From assembly GCA_951406725.2 (NCBI GenBank), contig OX597839.1:36766001-36830000 (forward strand): DNA of 64,000 nt. Reading direction: 5' to 3'. A program made the position numbers and the translations under genes. The stretch is from Octopus vulgaris (lineage: Eukaryota). Under the pieces are notes generated by a model. The model searched no databases. It was given only the letters and a program-made list of their open reading frames with translations, and was not told the DNA's origin. Positions 37,803 through 51,900 of this stretch are shown piece after piece. Every line of letters starts with the position of its first letter. Within the stretch, counting starts at the first letter, position 1.

Positions 37803-40800
37803 TATATATTATATAAAATCCATTCTGTCTGTGTGTGTGTCTTCTAGGATCTTGGGCATCCTCCATCTGATTGTGCTCAAATTTGATATGTGGATACCGA
37901 CAGTATCAGGGCATATATAAGTCTTGAAAAAATTACAAAAATCGATTCCAGGTGAGAATGCTATTGATGAAGCCGTGGGAACATGCATTTGTATGCGCAA
38001 GTACATCAGCTGTTGCGATCTATGATCAAAAACACTCCAACCATGACCAGCCCATCTATCACTCAGTTATAATGTATTAAGAAATACATTAATGTGTTGG
38101 TTTTCAGTAACTTTTTCTTTGTGATACATTGGACAACAGAATATATAATTACTGGTACTGCAACATTTCTCATTTAAAGTTTAAACAAAATATTTTAAAG
38201 TGAAATGCTATCAAAATTATCTGTTGTAGATCCTTTTTAGATCCATGTCTCTAAGGTGTTCTTTGTTTTTTCTGAAGACCAGTTACAGGTGATGTAAGCG
38301 AGCCTTAGCTGCTATTCGCAGCAGATTGAGGATCTTTATAATGAATGCAGCTATATAGTGAAGGATGAAATTATATTTAAATATCACATTTTTAAAAAAT
38401 AGATACAGTTGTTTCTTTGGTTTGGTGGTTTGTTATTATAATTTGATAATCCACATTTTAAACTTGGAGTGGCTGTGTGGTAAGTAGCTTGCTTACCAAC
38501 CACATGGTTCGGGGTTCAGTCCCACTGCGTGGCACCTTGAGCAAATGTCTTCTACTATAGCCTCGGGCCGACCAAAGCCTTGTGAGTGGATTTGGTAGAC
38601 GGAAACTGAAAGAAGCCCGTCGTATATATGTATATATGTGTGTATGTGCATGTATGTTTGTGTGTCTGTGTTTGTGCCCCTAGCATTGCTTGACAACCGA
38701 TGCTGGTGTGTTTATGTCCCCGTCACTTAGCGGTTCGGCAAAAGAGACCGATAGAATAAGTACTGGGCTTACAAAGAATAAGTCCTGGGGTCGAGTTGCT
38801 CGACTAAAGGCGGTGCTCCAGCATGGCCGCAGTCAAATGACTGAAACAAGTAAAAGAGTATATATATAACAGTTTATATATTGCTGTTGGCATAGGATTT
38901 ATATGTCAAGTCATAATGTAGCTAATAAAGAAGGTTTAATGGACTACTATAATTTATATTATTTATTTATCCGGATAATGAGAATTAAATTTTGTTAGTA
39001 AGGTGGACTTAATAGTAAACTTAATTATTAGTATTTGTAGTTGAATATGGTTTTGTAAAGTGTACATATTGCCCGTCACTCTTGTTTAAATAAGATAAGT
39101 CGTAACATAAGAAGTAATGGAAATTGTTTCTGGGATAATATATGTGCAAAAATTAACATAATTGTAATGTGTCTCACTTACGTTGAGAGGATAATTTTAT
39201 TTAAATTATTTTTGATTTAGATTAAATTTTATGTTTTAAGATTTTTGAGGAAAAGTATTGATAAAAATTTTTGATTATAAAGTAATGGGTATAGAATATT
39301 TTTTTATATGTACTGAGAAGGATGAAGATTATATGGTTTAGTTATAGTAAAATGTAAATTTTGTACCTTTTGCATAATGGTTTAATAATATTATTTAATG
39401 AATATGATTTATTTGCTTGAAGATTATTTTATATGTAGTTAACATAGTAAAGTTATTATTTTAGAAGTAAATGGTAGTGAAATGCTATTTGATTTATATG
39501 ATAGCTACTCTCTTTTACTCTTTTACTTGTTTCAGTCATTTGACTGTGGCCATGCTGGAGCACTGCCTTTAATCGAGCAACTCGACCCTGGGACTTATTC
39601 TTTTGTAAGCCCAGTACTTATTCTATCGGTCTCTTTTGCCGAACCGCTAAGTAGCTAGTTTATTTATTTTTACATTTTAGTGTTAGTTAAAAATTAGTTA
39701 TGGTTAAGTATTTATTTTTTAGTTTAAGTATTGGGGGATAAGCTTCATATATTATTGTAAGAATATAGATTAGTATAAAATGATTGATTAAAGTTGAATT
39801 AATATTTTTTCTTTGTTATTATTTTTAATATTGTTTTATGTTGTTAAGATTTCTTTATAGTTATTAAATAAATGTCTTTTAATTATAAAAAGTGAAATAT
39901 AATGTTGAAATGAGTATTGTTAGATAGTATACATATATATTATTAGTTTTATTTTTATAGTATTTAAATTTAAGGTTAATTATGTAAATATAAGTTTATA
40001 TTAGTAAAGTAAATTAAAGGAATTTGGCAAGAGTAAACTTCGCCTGTTTATCAAAAACATGTCTCTGAGTTTTTTTAATGAAGAGCTGGGCCTGCTCGGT
40101 GATTAATATTTAACAGCTGCGGTATTATAACTGTACAAAGGTAGCATAATAATTTGCTCTATAAATTGGGGCTAGAATGAATGGTTTGACGAAAATTTAA
40201 CTGTCTCTATTTTATTTATTAGAAATTAATTTTTATAGTGAAAAAGCTTTAATTATTTAAAGGGATGAAAAGACCCGATTGAGCTTTTATTATTATGTAT
40301 ATTATTATGTGGAGGGTTTCAATCTCTGTCAAGTATTATAAAAGAGTCTTAAATATTTACATGTTTTCTATCTAGTTAGATAGGAGGGGAAAAAGAAGGG
40401 GGTGGATAATTTTTACTTAGATTTAATGGTTAAGTGAAAGAGACTAATAGAATAAGGACCAGCCTTGAAAAAATTAATTACAGGGATTGATTTATTTAAC
40501 TAAAACCTTCAAGAAGGTGCCCCACTCAAACAACTGCAACCCCCCCCCCCCCAAAAAAAAACCCCTCTGTATTAGGATACGTCTATTGTCTCCACCATTG
40601 AGACAACAGCAATAGCTAGTTTGAAAATAATATATTTAAATCTATCAGACTAATGTAATCAACAACCAATCATTAAAATAGGTTTAAATATCTCTTATTT
40701 TGTATAAGTAGTATTACGGGCCTTGTGGCCCAGTGGATAAGACAGTGGGGTAGATGGAGGTTTCAGTCTCAGGTAGGGATTAGTGATGTGATCTCATTTA

Positions 40801-42798
40801 GTTTTATTTTTTCTGTAAATGGAGAAAGGGGAAAAAAAAAAAAAACTTTTACAAAGAGCCTCAAGCCAAGATTGAACCTTAGTGAAAGAGGTTTGAGTGT
40901 TACTGTGTCCATGTCTTTACCCACAAGACCATAGAACAACAACAATAACTACTTTGAAAATAATATATTTAAATCTATCAACAACCAATCATTAAAATAG
41001 ATTTAAGTATCTCATTTTTGGTATAAGTAGTATTACTGGCCTTGTGGGCCAGTGGATAAAGGGGGTTGGTTACAAACAAGACAGTGGGGTAGATGGATGA
41101 AGGGTTCAGTCTCAGGTACGGACTGTGATATGATTTTATTTTATTTAATTTTTTCTGTAAATGGAGAAGGGGGTAAAAAAAAAAAACACTGACTACTTTT
41201 ACAAAGATTGAACCTTTGTTATAGAGGTTCATGTGTTGTTGTGTCCATGACTTTACCCACAAGACCATCAAGACAACAACAATAACTAGTGTGAAAATAA
41301 TATATTTAAACCTACCAGATTAATGTAATCAACAACCAATCATTGAAATAGATTTAAATATCTCTTATTTTGTATAAGTAGTATTACAGGCCTTGTGGCC
41401 CAGTGGATAAGGGTGGTAGGTTACAAACAAGATAGTGGGGGTAGATGGAGGTTTCAGTCTCAGGTAGGGACTGTGATAGAATGTTATTTTGCTTTTTCTG
41501 TAAATGGAGAAAGGGAAAAAAAAAATTTTTACAATGAGCCTCAGGCCAAGATTGAACCTTAGTTAAAGAGGTTTGGGTATTACTGTGTCCATGACTTTAC
41601 CCACAAGACCATTGAGACAACAACAGTAACTAGTGTGAAAATAATATATTTAAACCTATCAGACTAATGTAATCAATAACCAATCATTAGAATAGATTTA
41701 AATATCTCATATTTTGTGTAAGTAGTATTACTGGCTATGTGGGTGTTTGGTGACAGGACAGACAAGAAAGTGGGGTAGATGGAAGTTTCAGTCTCAGGTA
41801 GGGATTAGTGATATGATCTAATTTCATTTTATTTTTCTCTAGAGATGTGTTAAAAGGGGGGGGGGGGAACACAATCAGTATAAGCCACGGGCCAAGATTG
41901 ATCTTTTGTCCAAGGAGTATATGTGTTGCTATGTCTGTATATCTTTACCACAGGATCTTCATCTCTTTCTCTGTTTCTGCATACTAGAGTTACTCATTAC
42001 ATGAAACCGACTTCAGCTTAGTAGTATCATCTCACTAGGGTTTTGTAGATAGAATATTAAGTTCAGATCAGAGGCTGATCTTCATGGTTGTGAAAGCCAT
42101 CCAACTGTAAATCATATTTGTCTAACTCATGCTGGCATGAAAAAAACAGATGTAAGACAAACTTTGTATTAAATATCTTAACTATTATTTAGCCATAAAT
42201 TGTTTGTTGTATTAAACATTTGTTTAGAAAGTGTTTTATGCTAAACTTTTTGCAAGAGATTAAACAAAATAAGTTTTTTTTTCTCAATATTTTCCAGAGG
42301 AAAAATACAAGAACCTCAACAGCACTGCCAAAATGAAAGCCCAGCTGTATTACCAATCTTGCATGGATGCCAACAAAACAAAAGAAAAATTAGGCCGGAA
42401 ACCACTTGTGAAGTTCATGAAAGATGTTGGCAGTTGGAATATTTCAAATTTATTTGGGGTTTGGGATGTAAAAAAATGGGACTTTGAGTCTTTACTTACC
42501 AAGGTCCATAATATTGAGAGTGGAGCCCTTTTTTATATGTGGATTTTGGCAGACAACAGAAATTCTTCACGAAACATTATCAAGGTGCGTTAGTGGTCTT
42601 TGTTTCATATTTTTTCTTATGTTTTAGTGTATTCTCACTTGTTGGGTTCTAGTTATAATTGGAAAATTATTTTAAATGTTTAGGGTTTAATATTTTACCA
42701 TGTCTTAGTAATTAACATGCTATCCCCAATCCCTACCAACTGGTTCTAACATATTACCATTTTGTTATTTCAGGGGATAAAATCCGTAGGAATCATTA

Positions 42799-42832
<34 letters not shown>

Positions 42833-43164
42833 GTACTCATGTGATTAATTAGTATACTCACCTTGTTATTCAGTGCAGTACTTGGGAGAAAGTAAGGATG
42901 GAGTGCTGGTGTATGTAGGAGTCAGTAAAGGATGTAGTAGTATTAGTGTGGTGGTGGGAGCAATGAGGGTGATGTTGGTGAACCAATGTGTCAGACTATA
43001 AAAGGGAATGCAATTGAGTTTTCAAAGGGTTAGAGATTATATTAAAGAATATGTCACTTTAATTTGACTGTGGTCAGCTATGGGCTGGAGACTTAGCATG
43101 TCTGCTGGCAGTTTATTCTATACTTGTTATATTATGTTGTGATGTTCTTACATTCAGAAGCAGA

Positions 43165-43205
<41 letters not shown>

Positions 43206-46200
43206 TATACACACAGCCATAACCACTGTTATCTCAACAATCATTACCATCACCACTGCAAGCACCATCATCACCACCAACCCTACAATCAGCATCATCA
43301 TCACTACTACCACCACTTGATCTCATGTCTATTGATGTTTTTCAGATTGACCAAGGTGGACTTGACCTGTCCAGTCCCCAGTATTACTTAAACAAAACAA
43401 TAACTGAAGACAAGGTAAGTTTGTTGTAAGTTATCAGATTTAGGGGGACCATTGCAACTCCCTCTACAATGAGAATATACAAATCACTCCTCTCCCCACC
43501 TATCCCTACTATTGTTGTATCACATCACATAAGAGAAATTGAATTCAACAGTTGTCAGTCCTAATGTTATTGTTTAACACCAAGTTAGTCCATATTGAAT
43601 ACACCTGTAACCAAAGGCTTTCCAAATATGACCAGAATGTCTTTTACATGTGTCTAGAACTACATTAACCAATGCATCCTTCCCATTTTAAGTAGGATGT
43701 GATTTTAAGATAAGTGGCTTCTACTATTTCTAGCAGGTTGAACATTGGTTTGTATACCATTAAAGGAGTGTTAGTCGACAATGGATACAAAACATTACCA
43801 GACAGTGATATTATATATAAAGCAACAACCTATAGTTTCTCATTTTGTTGTTACCTTAATGACTTCACTGTCATAGATCTTATTCTTTATTAATAATCTT
43901 ATCTACAAAACTGTTTATAGTATTAACTATCATAACCATGCTGACAAAAATGCCGACAGTTTTATTAAAGATAGAAAACAGTGCATCAACAAAATGGGAG
44001 AAACCATTGATAAATGTTAGCAATTCTAGAAAAAATGAGCACACACACAGAATTGAAGCACTTGAAGGATCAGATACAGTTGTAACATCTCAGTTGAAAA
44101 TATGTCCACATAATGCATGTGTGTATATACACACATATAGGGACATATACATACATACATACATATATATATATATATTTATAAGCATACATACATACAT
44201 ACTGAGGTCTTCATTCAATTTCCATCTACCAAATCTACTCACAAGGCTTTGGTCAGCCCTTCAATATAGTAGAAGACTCTCTCTCTATATATATACACAC
44301 ACACACACAAACACACATTTGGGCCACCACAAAGTATATATATGAAGGTAATTTTATAATTTTGTTAAACCAAAAAATAAAAAATAGGACTGCAAGTGGA
44401 AGTGCTCAGGTAACACTGAGACTAAAGGAAAAACAAATTTAAGGGTATAACGAATAAACACTAATTGGTCCAAAGTAACTTTATAATATTCTCATATTAT
44501 CACAATATCAAACATAAATATATATTAAAAACATTAGGGCAACGAGTGACAAAACCCAATAGTATAAAAATATACATATATATATATATACGAATACAAA
44601 AGGTAACAAAATCTAAAAAAAGTAATATGAATGGAGTCAAATGAAGAAAAATATATGGATTAAATCAATGCATATTAAAAGCGACTAAAAGTTTAAGGCA
44701 ATAAAAATAAAATAGAATATAAATAAATAACAGACAAAGCAATAACTAGAAAAGAGTGTATTTGAAATTCATCTCTACAATTGTTAAAAATTGTGGTTAA
44801 AGAATGTGTGTAGGAAATATGTCTGGTTCAAAGGTCTGTCAGCTAGAGGTGTGTCTACTTCAAGAATATATGCAGGAGGTGTGTATGTTCTATTCTTGAG
44901 TTCTTGTGGTCATTAATGAGCTTCAGTGATGTCTCACTATATACTTTTCTTACTTCTTTTTAGATATTATCTGCAGCACTTGAATACATGACCACCATTG
45001 GAGTATTGCTTGGTGGAGAAAAGAATGACACTTACAATCAGATGTTGGAGATCCTGGAGTTTGAAACTGAAATAGCTAATGTAAGTTGACTATCTGGAAT
45101 TGTTGAAATCATTGACAGAATAGCTGTTGAGGTAAGGTTACAGGGATGGCACTTCATGAATATTGTATCCCAAGCCTTACACTCATGTACACACCCTTAA
45201 ACTAAACCACAGAGCTTGAACCAAAGAGCACTCTGCTGTACATATTTTCAGTGACCCATACGGATATACTTTCTGAGTTCCAGTCCTGCTAGGATGGCTT
45301 GGCCATTCATGCATTTCCCATCAATATATATATATATATAAAGTGTAGGTGATATTTGGTAAAGAAGGTTAAAAAAAAAGGAAACAAATGAAATATCTTA
45401 CTAAAAATTATATCGGAACCATGACCTATTGGTTGATCATCTGGCTATGAAATATGCTAATGGCTCAAAACTGGTCTCTCTTAGCAAGTAAGTCTACAGT
45501 AACATGGATAGAAGTGGTTGGGCCATAATGTGAGCATTATTTTCTTGGTCCCAGTACTTGACTGGTACTGTATATATATTGACCCCATAATGATGAAAGG
45601 CAAAACTGGCCTCAGAGGAATTTGAATTGAGAACACAGGGAACTAGAACAAATATCAGAGATTATTCTATCTAATATTCTGCTAATTTGCTGAACCAGTT
45701 CCCTATAACCAGATGCAGTTTAAAGTCATACCCAGGACACACATACATATATATATAGTTGTTATAGCCTCAAGCCAGCTCTAAGATACATTACCCATGT
45801 ACCCTACCATTTTTTTAAAGACAGGAGAGTGTAATATTGAACAAATTTGACAGTTACTTTTGAAGAGTCTGTCAGTGGCATAACCTAAATTTTGGGTGGA
45901 TTTTGGCTACTCTGTACAGTCTCCACATCCTGTACTACTGGACTCAGTCATTGGTTCAAGGTTACAAGTTTATGAGGTGTAGTTATGGTTGATTAAATTT
46001 ACCTCATTATGTAACCTGTATTATTGACTCTGGTGAGGTGAAACACAAAAGCCAGTTACCTGGCAATATTTCATCTTAGGCTATGAACTGTCTCACAAGA
46101 CAGTTTTTTTTTGTCTGCCATCCCACTCAATTCCACCACCAGTGACTTGTCAACAATATTTATTTAATGATACCTTTTGTAGATAACGACACCTGCAGAA

Positions 46201-48832
46201 GAACGTCAAGATGAGGAAAAACAGTACCACAAGATGACAGTAAAGGAGCTTCAAACTTTGGCACCCTTTGTAAGTTACTTTACACATATAATTGCTAACG
46301 CTCAACACTGAGTACTCAGCACTCAGTATGAAACTGCTCAACACTAAGTACTCTTTCTTCTTTTATCCTTTGTTTCAATCATTGAACTGTGGCCATGCAA
46401 GGGCATTGCCTCGAAGGTTTTTAGTTGAACAAACTGACTCCAGTAATTCATTGTTTTAGAGTGTGGTTTCTTTAGCTGAACCTCAAGGTTACAGGGAATT
46501 TAAACAAAACAATACTGTCTGTCAAGCAATGATGGGTGGCACACACACATATACACATATTTACCTACATACGATAGCATTCTACAGTTTCTCTCTACCA
46601 AATTCACTCACAAGATATTCGTTGACCCAGGGCTATAGTAGAAGACACTGTCACAGTGGGACTGAATCTGAAACTACATGGTTGCAAAGTGAGCTTCTTA
46701 ACCACACATCTATGCCCGCACCTCTAATTGTGTTATGTCTTTAATGGTTTTGTGACAATTCATCTGTCTGTTGCTTTTGTTTATCCATAAGTCAGCCTTG
46801 ATCAGCTGACACCATCCCATGTTTTATATATCTGATTATTTAGGAGAGTAGGATGTGATTTGAGGTATATTTGCCAACTATTCCAAGCAGGTTGAACAAT
46901 CACACAGAATCTCCCTCATTGATTTTGTTATTTCTGGTGGCTGGATGGTTAATGTGCTACATCAATGATTTCAAACATCTTGAGTTCAATTCCTTCAACA
47001 GATTTTCAAAAGAATTTGCTGATAAATACAGTCAATGATGTTCAATAAGTAGTGAACCACAGAGCTAACATTGTAGAATTTACGACACTCTAATATGTTA
47101 TCTGTGACATCACTGGAGGCAAATGTGGGCAGAGCCTTTACCTCTTTCGGATAAACTTGTGGACAGATGGATATCTGAGGCTAACAGTGGGTTGCACCTA
47201 TGTATGGTACCAATGTAATAAAAAATATATCAGGCATACAAATAGAGCAGGAACTGTATAGTGTTGTCTCTTGTTGAAATGGCTTTGCAGTGGGGTGGGG
47301 TTTGATTGTTAGAGGAATGAAACTCACAGAGCAGTGAGTGGAAACAGTGGCTAGCTCCAATAGCTATGAGCATTCATATTATTACCCACTCATCACCTAC
47401 TCATGATCATTCCCTGGTCTATACGATGTAAGCCAACTACAATATCCCACTAAAACTCTGTCCTGGAATAGTATAGAGTTAAAAGCTATAAAAAATAGAT
47501 AAATAAAATGTTATATTTTTTATTCTATGTATAATTATATGTAAAAGCAGTTAAACAATTAAATTTAAGGATTATTCAATAGGGGAACATATTTTATTTT
47601 TACAAAGTAAAGGTTGACAGTGACTTTCAAGTTTCAACTATGTAGCTTTCATCAGACAAACTGTCCAATGAAAGCCACAAAACTGAACTTCAAACTCATG
47701 GTTAAAAATTTCCTTGTAAAAATAGATAAATACAATATAACATTTGTTGAAATAAAATAATTATAAAGAAATAATGAAAACAGGGAGAAGTTAATTTTTT
47801 TTTTCAGTTGAATAGATTAGAAAATAAATTACCTGCAATTTCTTCTTCTATTCACCTGGAAGCAAATAACAGACATTTGCTATTTCGAGATATTCTTGTT
47901 GAACAATTTTCTTTCTTTATTTCTTTCACGTTCACATTAAACAGAGGATTGGTCTGTTTATTTTCTCACCATCCTTCCAATTAAGAATGGTGATGATACA
48001 GAAGTAAAGCAATTATGTTTGTTTGGTAAATAAATAATTATTATCTTGGAGGTAAAACATTCAATTGGTCATTAATTAAACTTAGATTGGTTGTTCATTA
48101 CAGTACTTCTGAAAATGTGTATGTGTGTGTGTTCAGTTTTCATCTGTCTGTTTTTCCTCTTTGCTACACAAATGAATGTGTAGAGGAAAAAAAGTTAAAG
48201 TAATGACAGAAAGACTCATCAAATTTGAACTCTGTTATATATATATTCAATGCTTTTCCCCTCATTGACATCCAAATATATAAATATATATATATATATT
48301 ATTATTAATTATTAGAAGTTACAGAGTGACTCAAAAGGCAAAGAGTTTCTTGCATTGCCACTTATATACCAGACTGAGTCAAAAGTTTTTTCATATTTCA
48401 AAATTTAAATAACAGTTCAAATAAATTATATACAAAAAACATTTATTCATCCAAATATATCCCATCATTGTGCCAGAAGCTCAAATCCATGCTTATATCA
48501 TTTAGTTGGTTTAGAGGCCAAAAATCTTCCTGCACCTGTTCTCAACCTCATCCATATTGTTGAACCTCTGTTTATGCACGAAATAAGCCATGGCTCAGAA
48601 AAGGTGGAAATCTGGTGGTGCAAGATCTGGATTGTATGCAGAGTGGGACAGCACTTCCAGCCCCTCAAGTTCCTCACTTGTGCTTTAAAATAAAGAACAA
48701 TTAACATTTATATGTTACATATGAAAATAGAGAATAAACAATTCAGCAGTGCTTGGATAACAAACTGTATCCAATTAATGATATAACATGGAGATACAAG
48801 TTGCCAAAAGTCATCAATGAATGAATGAATGA

Positions 48833-48909
<77 letters not shown>

Positions 48910-51900
48910 CACACATGAGTATATGTTAATAGATTTGTGTGTGTGGTTGGGATTAGGAAGGGCATCCAGCTGCAGAAATCATGCCAAGGCAGACACTGGA
49001 GTACAATGCAGTCCTTAGGCCCATCAGATCTTGTGAAACCATTCAACCCATGCTAGCACGGAAAACAGATGTTAAATGACGATAATAATATATTTGTTTG
49101 TTTGACATCTATTATTCCAAATTAGCATGGGTTGAACAGGGATGTATTTGAGAAGGTTTTATAATTAGATATTTCCAAACCTACTCATTTTCAAGTGATG
49201 GATTTCTTCTACAGGTATTCAAAAGTGCAGAGAGTCTGGTCATAATCTCAACAAGAAATGTAAACCATTTTTATCCTTATCACCATTTTAATTGATCAAA
49301 GACATTAGATGTCAAGTTTCATTTGTGTGAATGTACATACACACACACTAGATTAACAGATGATGTTATTTAGCTCTAAATCAAAACAGATGATCATCTC
49401 ATCTTTTATTTAGGCAAGATATTTCTAAGATAACATTATCCAATTTTTTCTTTTTTAAAGACAGTAAGTTGTTATTTGAAGAAGATTTGGCTGCTATTAC
49501 TAGTAGGTTGATCAGTCATTCTGAAGCTTCCTCTAGTAATGTTCAAACCCAAGTGAACCATAACCTAACATGCTACACACGATACTATCACTCTATTTAC
49601 ACTCTACAAAATAGTACAAGCATATGATCTAATATCTTTGTTTGCTCCATTTCTGCTTGGGACATATCATTGTTATGTCCTTCAGGTGGGGTTTTTTTTC
49701 TCCTCAAAACAGTCTGAATACATTCAAAAAAAGGAAATCAACCAGTGAAGTTGGGTCATGGTCATCTATGGTGTGCAGTGGTCTTACTAGGTACATATTA
49801 TAAGATAATATTCAGTGGAAGCCTCTCTCCCCAGTGATTTATTTCTAAGGTTACTCAACCACCACTAACAAATAAACCAACAATTTATGGCTGGTGTTTT
49901 TGTTGTCAATAATCTCCAATTAAGATTTATTTGTCTAAAGAATTTCTTTAGACAAATTGACTAATTTAGACAAATTGACTAATATAAAGTTGAAGTTGGA
50001 ATCCTATATTTTTGTTTATATTAGTCAATGGAGGAGGATGTCAGTGATTTAGGACATCTTCAAGCCTTTTCAAGATTGGCAAGATTGATGGGGTTGATGT
50101 TCAATTCTGAATATTTGTAATAATTGAGTGCTGGGGAAAAAAATGTGGGTCCGCAGTCCTCAGAAGAAACAACTGGACAGATTTAGTTGGGTGGGCTGGG
50201 ATAGTGGACATGCTGTCGGTAGGTTGGCTGGACTAGAGAGAAGAAAGTAGGCTAATGATATTAATTATTAATCATGTGATTAAATGACAACTAATTAAAG
50301 CTATAGAGTTGTTACCATAATAATACTGACGTATACATTGTCACAAACAATAGGTGTATTATTGTGTATATTTTCTGGCAACAATAGATATTCATTAATT
50401 AATTACAACAGATTCTTCTCAGCATCAATTGCAAAACATTGTGGTGACAGCAGAAGCTTTTGATGCTACACTATTAAGATGTGTGTGCAACTGACAGCAA
50501 ATAAAAAGGCAGTCTCACAGATATTATTTCCAACTGTCTCTGACAAACCAACCAGGCACTTTGATTCAAATAAAACAGTTGTATCATGGGGGAACATCAC
50601 TGTGGTGGCTTGACTTCCTAGAAACAGTAAAATTGCACCCAACCTGTTGCATGTTTATAAACATGCTATTAAAATTGAGTTATTAACCTATTGTGATCAT
50701 AACATATACTTCAAGCAATCAGATATTTACTCATCTTTTGAATAAAATGAAGTCTTTTATAACTAAATAATGGACATGAGAAAATATTCAGCTTTAATAG
50801 AAATTTAAAAAATTTTACTTTTAGCACAAGTATTGACTAATCCTTACTTTTGTTTGCTGTACACGTTTAAAATACAATGACATATTATGACATTATAAAT
50901 GTATATGTCTATATATGTATCTGTGTCTATATCCATGTGTGTATGTAGGTATGTGTGTGTGTGTTCATATAAGTAGATAGGGAGTGGGAGAGAGAGAGAG
51001 TAAAAGTTAATGGATATCCATTTATTTTGACATATATTTTGACAAATACCTGCTCACTGTATTTGTTATGTAAGTGGCTGAGTATTCCACAAACATGTCT
51101 AGCAGGCTTCCCCTATCCCCTCCTTTTTTGTTTTGCAAAAATCCCATCACTCAACTGCTAATCAGTAAAACTTGTCAAAGCATTCAAAGAAAATTCAAGT
51201 CATACAAAATTATTTAATTTCTTAAAATTATTGTCACTAGACAAGCACAAAATTCACAGCTCAAAATTTTCTGTAAAAATCATTTAGTATATAATCCCCT
51301 AACATATTTATCTAAATTCATGTCATTAACCCACATAATTTATTTCCCTTAGATTATTATTATTATTATTATTAATTATATACACACACTACTGTTGCTT
51401 TTAAAACTGTTGTATTAAATATCAAATTTTATCTGCTTTGAATAGATCAATTGGCAGAAGTACCTAAATGAGCGTTTCTCTGTGGTCAACATCGACATTG
51501 ACAGTTCGGAAGAGGTGGTCGTCTTTGCTCCGGAGTTCCTCAGTAAGCTGCATCATCTGCTTGAAAACATGCTAAATGATACTAACAGTAAAAGGTAGGC
51601 ACAGTTGATATTTCACTTACTTCCTGCTATACTTTATCCCTCTCTAATAATTTTCACTGTTGTCATTTAATCCCACACATTTTAGTTATGATATTCAGGA
51701 GAGAAACGACCACAACTGAATAGTGCTGGGCCTAAGTGTGGACAGCATAATAGGGATGATAAAAGGGGAGAAATGAATGTTAGGGTATGATTGAGTGGAA
51801 ACAGCTTGATATCATTCAGCTCCACCACCACTATGGCATAGGTTGTATAGGTCATTACAGTTTAAATTACCTAAATGGAAGCTACAGCTCTCAAAGACTA

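Larger units (their letters stand above)
38420..40300 (+). pseudogene. NUMT: nuclear copy of mitochondrial rrnS(3' part)-trnV-rrnL(5' part), interrupted by two SINE insertions
   Basis: 12S motifs GATAATCCAC, GTACATATTGCCCGTCACTCT, AAGTCGTAACA; tRNA-Val cloverleaf; 16S motifs GTACCTTTTGCATAATG and an exact 16Sar primer sequence CGCCTGTTTATCAAAAACAT at 40041-40060. It lies inside a nuclear intron. The ends are approximate. Confidence 0.93.

Noticed and set aside
38420-40300. Functional rRNA locus or mis-assembled mitochondrial contig
   Set aside because: Both rRNAs are truncated and interrupted by nuclear SINEs, one with a TSD.
40594-41950. CRISPR-like or mitochondrial control-region reading of the tandem array
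   Set aside because: Whole units are homologous with no unique spacers, there are no cas genes, and the context is eukaryotic. No mitochondrial motif is recognisable past about 40300.
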